Origin: Candidatus Woesearchaeota archaeon | GTDB taxonomy: Archaea > Nanobdellota > Nanobdellia > Pacearchaeales > GW2011-AR1 | Reading direction: 5' to 3' | DNA: 54,142 bases | Assembly (NCBI GenBank): GCA_964355745.1 | Contig: CAYHEN010000003.1 | Span: 1-54,142 of the forward strand | Shown here: positions 16,411-23,997 of the stretch, one piece after another | How the letters are laid out: each line of letters begins with the position of its first letter | Numbering within the stretch: the stretch's first letter is position 1 | Position numbers and translations under genes: made by a program | Notes under the pieces: generated by a model | Told to the model about the DNA's origin: nothing | What the model saw: only the letters and a program-made list of their open reading frames with translations | The model's database searches: none

Positions 16411-16950
16411 ATGGTAAAAAAATTCAAGAAAAAGAATAGTAAAACAGGAAATTTCCCAATTACATTTTTTCTAAAGAAAAAACGTAAGGGATTATCGCCG
16501 ATAATCACGACTGTTCTGTTAATTGCTCTCACAATTGTAATCACTTCTGTAGTTTTCTTGTGGTTTAGAGGAATGGTTGAGGAAGGAGTCACTAAATTCA
16601 ATCCTCCTAAAAATATAAAACTTGTTTGCGATGATGTGGAATTTGAGGCGGGTTATTCTTCTGGAACACTCAGCATAGTTAATAATGGAAATGTTCCTTT
16701 ATTCAGAGTTAATTTAAGAGTATTTGAGGCAGGAAGTTACATAACGAAAGATATAAAGGACTTATCTGGGGGTAGCACTTGGCCTAAAACAGGATTAGGG
16801 CAAGGTGGAACATTTTCTGGAAATATTGGAAGCGATCCGGCAATTGGAAATGCTGAAAAGATATCGGTATTGCCTGTCTTAATCGGGACATCAAGCGAGG
16901 GCAAAAAGACTTTCATGTGCGAGGGGCAATATGGAAAAGAAGTACTCTAA
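16411..16950 (+). CDS. Archaeal type IV pilin with a 27-aa basic leader
   Basis: '...KKKRKG|LSPIITTVLLIALTIVITSVVFLW' is the canonical archaeal pilin N-terminus. No alternative start codon lies nearer the cleavage site. Confidence 0.8.
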   Translation: MVKKFKKKNSKTGNFPITFFLKKKRKGLSPIITTVLLIALTIVITSVVFLWFRGMVEEGVTKFNPPKNIKLVCDDVEFEAGYSSGTLSIVNNGNVPLFRVNLRVFEAGSYITKDIKDLSGGSTWPKTGLGQGGTFSGNIGSDPAIGNAEKISVLPVLIGTSSEGKKTFMCEGQYGKEVL

Positions 16951-17560
16951 GCATACTCGCGATCCCGCTCGTCACTGGATTAAGCGGTCTCTCTCACGAA
17001 ATCGCTCTACTCACGACTCCGCTTGTATATTACGTGCCTTAACTCCGCGAAATCGCTCGGGATTATCTACAATTGTAATTACTGTTATTCTTGTTGCTTT
17101 AAGCATGGCTGCAATAGTTCTTGTATGGGGATTTGTAAACAACATGATAAAAAAACAAATCAGTAGCAGCGAATCCTGCTTTGGAAATTCTGAAAAAGTC
17201 ACGCTAAATACACAATATACCTGCTACGAAGAAATAGACAGCACGGATTATAATTTGAGATTTTCGTTGAGCATTGGAGATATTCAGATAGATAAAGTAA
17301 TTATCTCTGTTGCATCTGCAGGAAGTGTAAAAAGCTATCAGATAACCAACACTCCACAAGATATCACCAATTTAGTTATGTATTCTGGAACTAATCCTAC
17401 AAACATAATTCTTCCTGGGGAAAATTCAGGATTAACTTATAACGCAACAGGATTTAATGACAAGATAGATTCTATACAGATTGCTCCTGTTATTGGAGGA
17501 AATCTTTGCGGGGTTTCTGATTCTCTTTCTGAAATTGAAAATTGTGTGCTGATGAGTTAA
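16931..17560 (+). CDS. Archaeal type IV pilin with a 44-aa leader
   Basis: '...TPRNRSG|LSTIVITVILVALSMAAIVLVW'. The only in-frame start is the ATG at 16931. Confidence 0.65.
   Translation: MEKKYSKHTRDPARHWIKRSLSRNRSTHDSACILRALTPRNRSGLSTIVITVILVALSMAAIVLVWGFVNNMIKKQISSSESCFGNSEKVTLNTQYTCYEEIDSTDYNLRFSLSIGDIQIDKVIISVASAGSVKSYQITNTPQDITNLVMYSGTNPTNIILPGENSGLTYNATGFNDKIDSIQIAPVIGGNLCGVSDSLSEIENCVLMS
17047..17062. repeat. 16-nt GC-rich repeat encoding the RNRSG cleavage motif (second copy 17652-17667; partial copy 16997-17007)
   Basis: 'gcgaaatcgctcggga' is identical in two otherwise dissimilar pilin genes. Confidence 0.9.
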
Positions 17561-17601
17561 GAATACATTAATTATTTAAATTAAAATTTACTCATAACTC
17601 T

Positions 17602-18174
17602 ATGAAAAGGGGAAAGAATACTAGCGACTTCGCTAAATACAAGGGCGACATGCGAAATCGCTCGGGACAGGTTTGGATAGAAACAGTAATTTATACTTTG
17701 ATTGCTTTTGTGATGATTGGGTTAGTTTTAAGCTATGCTCGTCCTAAAATAGAAGAGCTTCAAGATAGGGCAATTCTCCAGCAGTCTACTGAAATGATGA
17801 AGCAGATAGACTCAACAATTCAATCAATGGGGGGGGCAGGAAATCAAAGGATATTGGAGATAGGAATAAAAGACGGAACCCTGAAAGCAGATGCCTTAAA
17901 CAACAAAATTATTTTTGAGCTGGAAACCAAGAGCATTTACAGTGAGCCGGGAAAGCAAATCAGCGACGGAAGCATAATAGTTTTAACAGAGGAAAAAACA
18001 GGCGGCAACATAGTCACATTAACGAGAGATTACAGCAGCAATTATGATTTAAAATTTGAGGGAAAAAATGAATTAAAGACGATAAGCAAGGCTTCAAATC
18101 CCTACCGGTTAACAATATTAAATGAGGGAGAAGATGCAAATGGAAAAATTGTCATGAACATTTTACTTAGTTAA
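17602..18174 (+). CDS. Pilin/pseudopilin-like protein with Glu at +5 (alternative start ATG 17650)
   Basis: 'MRNRSG|QVWIETVIYTLIAFVMIGLV'. Confidence 0.65.
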   Translation: MKRGKNTSDFAKYKGDMRNRSGQVWIETVIYTLIAFVMIGLVLSYARPKIEELQDRAILQQSTEMMKQIDSTIQSMGGAGNQRILEIGIKDGTLKADALNNKIIFELETKSIYSEPGKQISDGSIIVLTEEKTGGNIVTLTRDYSSNYDLKFEGKNELKTISKASNPYRLTILNEGEDANGKIVMNILLS

Positions 18175-18179
18175 TTAAA

Positions 18180-19724
18180 ATGCAACCAATAAAAACTTAC
18201 GAGAAAATAAAAATAGATTTTCATGTGAAGATTCCTCTACTCGAGAGAATAAAAGACAAAACAAAAATAGACATCAGGTATTGTGTTATTTCCCCCTTTG
18301 CATTTATTCACATTTACTGGGATGAAAAAACTTACGAGCTTGTTTATGATATTGAGGAGCCAATTTTAAACGAACAGGAAAAATTATACAGAGAGCAGCT
18401 CACTTCTGCCATAAAAGATTTGATAAATTTTGAAGAGATTGTCGAGAGAAACGAAGAAGCGCTTCTGGATTATATAGACAAAAGATTAAGGCTTCTTGCA
18501 ACTGAATTCGGAATGGATATCCCTTATGATTCATACAAAAAAATATATTATTATTTATGCAGAGATTTTATCGGGATAAATGAAATAGAACCTATGCTTA
18601 GAGATTATTTTGTAGAAGATATAGAATGCAACGGCATGAATAGTCCGGTTTATATAATTCATAGATTGTACAGAAATATAAAAACAAATATTGCTTTTGA
18701 CAGCATAGAAAGGCTTGAAAGCCTTGTAGAAAAACTTGCACAGAGGTGTGGGAAGCATATTTCTTATGCAGATCCTATTCTTGATGGGACTTTGCCTGAC
18801 GGAAGCAGAGTAAATGCCACTTACACAATAGATATTACCAGCAAAGGTCCAACTTTTACAATAAGAAAGTTCACAAAAACTCCCTGGACACCAACGCAAT
18901 TAATTTCTTTCCGTACATTAAGTCCCGAAATGCTTGCTTATCTATGGATGCTTGTGCAGTATAAAATGAATATATTGATAACAGGAGGAACTGCATCAGG
19001 AAAAACCACATTACTGAATGCTGTTGCATTTTTTATTCCTCCAGAAGCAAGAGTTGTAAGCATTGAGGATACAAGAGAATTGAATCTTCCGAGGGAAAAC
19101 TGGCTTCCGAGTGTTGTGAGAGGTTCAACAGGAAATAAAAGAGAAAATGAAATAACATTATTCACGCTGTTGAGAAGTTCTTTCAGGCAGAATCCGGATT
19201 ATGTCATTGTTGGAGAAGTTAGGGGGAAAGAAGCCTCTGTTTTGTTTCAGGGGATGGCTTCTGGGCACTCTTCTCTAAGCACTATGCACGCGGATTCTGT
19301 AGAGACATTAATCAAAAGACTTGAAACTCCACCAATAGACCTTTCTCCTACTTTGCTTAATGTTCTTGACTGCATATGCATTATGACGCATGCCATTGTC
19401 AATAAAGAAGAGACGAGAAAACTTAGGGAAATTGTGGAAATAGTAAATGTAAATCCAGACGGGGTAGCGATAACAAACACCCCTTTTACATGGAATCCTG
19501 GAGATGACAGATTTTATTTCAAAAAGAGCAGCAAAGTATTTGAAAAAATAGCAAAAAGATATGGGATAAGAATAGAGGAATTGGAAGTAGAATTTAGAAG
19601 AAGAGTTCAGGTAATTTATCAGTTGTACAAAAAGAAAGTATTTAACTTTGATTATATTCAGGAAATAGTAAACAGATATTACAAACGTCCTGCAGAAGTC
19701 TTGAAAGAATTGGGAATTCAGTAA
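18180..19724 (+). CDS. Type IV pilus/archaellum assembly ATPase (FlaI/PilB, VirB11-like superfamily)
   Basis: 514 aa. Walker A 'GGTASGKTT', 'DYVIVGEVRGKEA', and His box 'GHSSLSTMHA'. Confidence 0.9.
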   Translation: MQPIKTYEKIKIDFHVKIPLLERIKDKTKIDIRYCVISPFAFIHIYWDEKTYELVYDIEEPILNEQEKLYREQLTSAIKDLINFEEIVERNEEALLDYIDKRLRLLATEFGMDIPYDSYKKIYYYLCRDFIGINEIEPMLRDYFVEDIECNGMNSPVYIIHRLYRNIKTNIAFDSIERLESLVEKLAQRCGKHISYADPILDGTLPDGSRVNATYTIDITSKGPTFTIRKFTKTPWTPTQLISFRTLSPEMLAYLWMLVQYKMNILITGGTASGKTTLLNAVAFFIPPEARVVSIEDTRELNLPRENWLPSVVRGSTGNKRENEITLFTLLRSSFRQNPDYVIVGEVRGKEASVLFQGMASGHSSLSTMHADSVETLIKRLETPPIDLSPTLLNVLDCICIMTHAIVNKEETRKLREIVEIVNVNPDGVAITNTPFTWNPGDDRFYFKKSSKVFEKIAKRYGIRIEELEVEFRRRVQVIYQLYKKKVFNFDYIQEIVNRYYKRPAEVLKELGIQ

Positions 19725-19783
19725 GATAGGCTTGTTTTTCATTCTGACAAAATATTTAATAACGTGTTTTGCCTTTTTCTTAT

Positions 19784-19948
19784 ATGAAAAAAGAGGAAGT
19801 TTTATTCTTGAATCAGCTTATTAAATCCCTTGAAGAAGCCGGAAGAAATTTGGAAAGCAGTTATGAAAAAAGAGATTATGAAAGTTTCAATAAGTCAAAA
19901 AAAATGATGCTTAAACTACAAAAAGAAATTTCTAATATGATAAAATGA
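19784..19948 (+). CDS. Small coiled-coil ORF (54 aa) between the ATPase and platform genes
   Basis: Not in the ORF track because it is under 60 aa. Hand translation: MKKEEVLFLNQLIKSLEEAGRNLESSYEKRDYESFNKSKKMMLKLQKEISNMIK*. Confidence 0.3.
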   Translation: MKKEEVLFLNQLIKSLEEAGRNLESSYEKRDYESFNKSKKMMLKLQKEISNMIK

Positions 19949-20012
19949 GAATCAGTCATGAACACAAATTTAGTGGGAAGATTAAGCGAAAGAAACCGGA
20001 GGTGTCTGCGCA

Positions 20013-21305
20013 ATGACAATAGAAGAAAGCGTCCAAAGAGTAAAGGAGCTGGTTTTCAAAGAGAGAAAAATGGTGTATGAATTTACTTCCTTGATTAGCT
20101 ATTTAAATGATGCAGATAACCAAGAAAAAAAGATGTTTAATAGGCAGATAGAAAAATTAAAAGATTCTTTAAGAAAGACGAATGACGAACTCCTAAATGC
20201 CTTGGAAGAAACAGCAGTTCAGAAGCCATTAAGAGAAGTAAAAGAAACAAAGGAAATTGCCAGAGATTTGGAAACTGAAAAGAAAGAAAGAATTAAGCCA
20301 GAGAAATCCAGGGAAAAGATATCTGAATTAGACAGAGAGATTTTGAAGAGGCTGAAAAGAAAAAAAGAGAAAGTCATTATAAAAAAAGAGAAAAAACCAA
20401 GCAGGTATATCAAATTTGCAAACACCCTCTTTGGGGACAGGGTTAAGGCTCTGATTAAACAGAAAAAATTAGCAACTCTTGAAAGAGATTTGATAAAGTC
20501 TAATTTAGAATATACTCCCATAACCTACATTTCTGTTTTGATTTTGACTACGATTATTTCTGCAATTATTAGTTTTATGGTGTTTGGTTTTTTCTTATTC
20601 TTTAATATAAGTCCAGAATTTCCTATAGTAACAAGGACAACAGAAGAATTTTTTGACAGGCTAATGAAAGTTTTTTGGATTGTTTTCCTTGTTCCCTTAG
20701 GAACCTTTTTATTCATGTACTTGTATCCTTCGTTGGAAAAGAAATCTCTTGAAAACAAGATAAACCATGAACTGCCTTTTGCAACAATACACATGGCTGC
20801 AATTTCGGGTTCGATGATAGAACCGATTAAGGTATTCAGCATAATCTCAACGACAAAAGAATATCCTAATCTAGAAAGGGAATTCAACAAACTGCTCAAT
20901 GAGATAAATATCTATGGTTATGATATTGTAACTGCTTTGAAAAATCTTGCCATAAACTCTCCAAGTTCAAAACTTGCAGAGCTTTTTAATGGCTTGGCAA
21001 CAACAATAACTTCTGGGGGAGATTTATTTGATTTTTTTGAAAAGCGTTCGCAGAGTTTGCTTTTTGAATACAGACTTGACAAAGAGAAAAGAACAAAAAC
21101 AGCAGAGACATTTATGGATATTTACATAAGCGTTGTAATTGCTGCTCCAATGATTCTTATGCTTCTTTTAATGATGATGAAGATAAGCGGGTTTGGAGTT
21201 TCTTTAAGCACTTCAACCATCACCTTTCTTGTTGTTGGCGGAGTTTCTCTGATAAACACGTTCTTCCTGATATTTTTGCAATTAAAACAGCCTGCTAATA
21301 TCTGA
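20013..21305 (+). CDS. Pilus platform membrane protein (T2SS-F/FlaJ/TadC-like) with a ~170-aa charged N-terminal extension
   Basis: 430 aa. Lys/Glu-rich coiled-coil-like N-terminus, then TM helices and a T2SSF-like cytoplasmic domain ('LPFATIHMAAISGSMIEP'). Confidence 0.7.
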   Translation: MTIEESVQRVKELVFKERKMVYEFTSLISYLNDADNQEKKMFNRQIEKLKDSLRKTNDELLNALEETAVQKPLREVKETKEIARDLETEKKERIKPEKSREKISELDREILKRLKRKKEKVIIKKEKKPSRYIKFANTLFGDRVKALIKQKKLATLERDLIKSNLEYTPITYISVLILTTIISAIISFMVFGFFLFFNISPEFPIVTRTTEEFFDRLMKVFWIVFLVPLGTFLFMYLYPSLEKKSLENKINHELPFATIHMAAISGSMIEPIKVFSIISTTKEYPNLEREFNKLLNEINIYGYDIVTALKNLAINSPSSKLAELFNGLATTITSGGDLFDFFEKRSQSLLFEYRLDKEKRTKTAETFMDIYISVVIAAPMILMLLLMMMKISGFGVSLSTSTITFLVVGGVSLINTFFLIFLQLKQPANI

Positions 21306-22144
21306 TGGAGTTAAAAAGAATTCATTGGTTTGGAATAATCACGGGAATTGTAGTTATCGCTCTTTCCTTTTTATTCTTGGGGACGAGATTTTTCTTTTTT
21401 ATAATCTGGTTTGGAATATTGATTGGAGTTTCTCCTTTTGTCTTCAGTGTAATGCAAAAAACAAGAATTGCCGGAGAAAAAGAGGAAATGTTTCTGGAAT
21501 TTACGAGAAATTTAGTTGAAAGTGTAAAAACTGGCACTCCAATAAGCAAGAGCATAATAAATATGAGAAAAAAATCTTTTGGGGTTTTGAGCAGACATGT
21601 GGAGAAATTATCAAATCAAATTTCTATTGGAATTCCTCTTAAGAGTGCATTACAGACATTTGCAAGAGACATAAATAATAACACAGTAACAAGAACAATC
21701 ACTTTGATAGGGCAGGCAGAAAAGGCAGGGGGAAATATCGGGGAAATTTTAGAAGCTGTTGCAAAAGCAGTAAGCACAGCAAACAAACTGAAGAAAGAAA
21801 GAAAAGCAACGATTTCTACTCTTGCTGTTCAGGGCTATATCATTTTCTTTGTTTTTATGATAATTGTGCTGGTTATGCAGTTTTACATAATTCCAATGAT
21901 TTCCGGAATTGCGAGTCTTGGAACATTGGGGGTTGGGGGAGTAACAACGCCAAGCACAGATACAACGGCATTAGATGTATCAAGGGCTTTTTTGTATCTT
22001 CTTATAATTCAGGGTTTGTTTAGCGGATTGACAATAGGAAAACTTTCAGAGGGAAGCATAAAGGCAGGAATAAAACATTCCTTTGCATTGGTAGTTTTGT
22101 CTTTTTTAATAGCCACAATTGCGAATGTTCTTTTCGGAGGATAG
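21305..22144 (+). CDS. Second T2SS-F/TadB/C-like platform membrane protein
   Basis: 279 aa. Contains 'ALQTFARDINNNTVTRTITLIGQAEKAGGNIGEILE'. Its start abuts the upstream stop. Confidence 0.7.
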   Translation: MELKRIHWFGIITGIVVIALSFLFLGTRFFFFIIWFGILIGVSPFVFSVMQKTRIAGEKEEMFLEFTRNLVESVKTGTPISKSIINMRKKSFGVLSRHVEKLSNQISIGIPLKSALQTFARDINNNTVTRTITLIGQAEKAGGNIGEILEAVAKAVSTANKLKKERKATISTLAVQGYIIFFVFMIIVLVMQFYIIPMISGIASLGTLGVGGVTTPSTDTTALDVSRAFLYLLIIQGLFSGLTIGKLSEGSIKAGIKHSFALVVLSFLIATIANVLFGG

Positions 22145-22180
22145 AAAATAAATATGAATATCAGGCAATATAAGTAAAAT

Positions 22181-22978
22181 ATGGTAAATAAAAGCAAGAA
22201 AACAGGAAATTTTTTAGCTACAATTTTTCTTGCGAAAAATCGTAGGGGATCGCATGTAGGGATGATTATTTCTTTTGTTATTTTCATCACCTTTATAGTA
22301 TTCTTGTATGTTGTTGTTAATCCTGCTGTCAACACAGGACAAAATCAAAAAACAACCCTGGATTATATTAAATCTCAAATATTAAAAAATGTTTCTGCAA
22401 ACTTCACAAGCGCAAGTATTAACATAAATAAGAATCAGGGAAATAATTGTGTTAGGTTGCAGAATTTACTTTTTGCTATGTCATCAGAAATTGATTATTA
22501 TTATAACGCGATAATTAAAAATGAATCTGAAAGCAAACAGGACGCATATAGAGGAGATGTTGGTACTGGTGATATTGGGGATTTGAAAATAAATAGAAAC
22601 GTTAAGGATAATGTTTTTTTTAAAATCTATTTTTCTCCAGAATTCAGTGGTTTAGCAACAACCACAATAAATTGCAATCAAATAAAAGAAGGAGAAGATT
22701 ACAGCATCGGCTCAATTACAACAGGTAAATACATTTTTGAGAACAGCATATACAAATTTATAGATTATTACAAAACTAACTATGAAAAACTTAAAACTGA
22801 ATTCAAGATTTCTCCAGGAGCAGAATTTGCATTTGATTTCATACAGGCAGATGCAACAAGAATAGATGTTGGGGAGCCAGCAACAACAGCGAATGTTTAT
22901 GCAGAAGAAGTTCCAATTCAGTATATTGATAATCAGGCGAATATTTTGTCAGGTTTTATAAATATAAAAGTATGGTAA
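22181..22978 (+). CDS. Prepilin-like protein with a 23-aa leader related to that of 16411
   Basis: 'MVNKSKKTGNFLATIFLAKNRRG|SHVGMIISFVIFITFIVFLYVV'. Confidence 0.6.
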   Translation: MVNKSKKTGNFLATIFLAKNRRGSHVGMIISFVIFITFIVFLYVVVNPAVNTGQNQKTTLDYIKSQILKNVSANFTSASININKNQGNNCVRLQNLLFAMSSEIDYYYNAIIKNESESKQDAYRGDVGTGDIGDLKINRNVKDNVFFKIYFSPEFSGLATTTINCNQIKEGEDYSIGSITTGKYIFENSIYKFIDYYKTNYEKLKTEFKISPGAEFAFDFIQADATRIDVGEPATTANVYAEEVPIQYIDNQANILSGFINIKVW

Positions 22979-23418
22979 GAATAATGAATAGGGGGGGGTG
23001 GATACAGATTGTTGAAGCATTTGTTTCTGTTTTGCTTGTAGTTGGGGTTGTCTTAATAATTTTGAATAAGGGGTATCTGGAGAGGACAGACATTTCAGAA
23101 AGAGTCTATAAGACACAGCTTTCAATTCTTAGAGAAATACAGACTAACGACACATTCAGAACAGAGATCTCAACTGCAGCAGAACCATTGCCAATTACAT
23201 GGACAGACACAAGATTTCCAAACGATCTCAAAAATAAAATAATTGCAAGAACCCCCAATTATTTGGATTGTGTTGGAAAAATATGCGAGATGAATATCAT
23301 TTGCAGTTTGGATGACACGCAGCAAAAAGACATTTATTCTCAGGCCATTGTAATAAGTACGACACTGGAACAGGGAGAAGTTTACAGAAAATTAAATTTA
23401 TTCTGCTGGACAAAATAA
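22972..23418 (+). CDS. Pilin/pseudopilin-like protein (alternative start ATG 22984)
   Basis: 'MNRGG|WIQIVEAFVSVLLVVGVVLII'. Confidence 0.55.
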   Translation: MVRIMNRGGWIQIVEAFVSVLLVVGVVLIILNKGYLERTDISERVYKTQLSILREIQTNDTFRTEISTAAEPLPITWTDTRFPNDLKNKIIARTPNYLDCVGKICEMNIICSLDDTQQKDIYSQAIVISTTLEQGEVYRKLNLFCWTK

Positions 23419-23424
23419 TAAAAA

Positions 23425-23832
23425 ATGAAATACAAGTTTCTTGAACACACAGCAGACATAAAATTTCAGGCATTTGGGAAAAATATTAAGGAGTTATTTA
23501 AGAATTCTGCATTAGCATTAAAAGAATCGATATCTGGAAAAATAAAAATTAAAGATAAAAAAGAAAAAATCATAAAAATCAAAGGAAAAGATTTTGAATC
23601 TCTTATGTATAAATTCCTTGAAGAGATTCTTTTTCTGCTTGATTCAGAGAATTTCCTTATTTCAAAAACAAAAGAAATAGAAATAAAAGGGTTCAGATTA
23701 ACAGCAGTTGTTGTTGGAGACGATGTCAAAAATTACAAGTTCACAAATAATGTTAAAGCAGTAACTTACAACGATATGTTTATAAAAAAGCAGAAAGACA
23801 AATGGATTAGCCAAGTTGTGCTGGATGTATAA
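23425..23832 (+). CDS. Archease
   Basis: 135 aa. N-terminus 'KFLEHTADIKFQAFG' and C-terminus 'VKAVTYNDM...VVLDV'. Confidence 0.85.
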   Translation: MKYKFLEHTADIKFQAFGKNIKELFKNSALALKESISGKIKIKDKKEKIIKIKGKDFESLMYKFLEEILFLLDSENFLISKTKEIEIKGFRLTAVVVGDDVKNYKFTNNVKAVTYNDMFIKKQKDKWISQVVLDV

Positions 23833-23967
23833 TTCTTTCTTAAAGTCTGCGCTAAAGCGCAATTGATTAATTAGTTAATAGATATTCTGAGAGTTAATCA
23901 TAATTAGCGTTTCTTCATTAACTATTTCTCTCTGGACGGGTGGGTGGGAAAGACATAAATCATAAAA

Positions 23968-23975
23968 TTATAAAA
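23968..23975 (+). promoter_or_regulatory. TATA box for rtcB
   Basis: 'ttataaaa', with 22 nt between the box and the ATG at 23998. Confidence 0.5.
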
Positions 23976-23997
23976 ACTCTTTCATACTTAATTTCTT

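Noticed and set aside
19958-20080. 40-codon basic ORF overlapping the start of the platform gene in another frame
   Set aside because: It is short, overlaps a supported gene start, and has no motif.
23934-23948. G-rich run 'ggacgggtgggtggg' upstream of rtcB (possible G-quadruplex)
   Set aside because: It has only three full GGG tracts plus one GG, occurs once, and has no supporting context.
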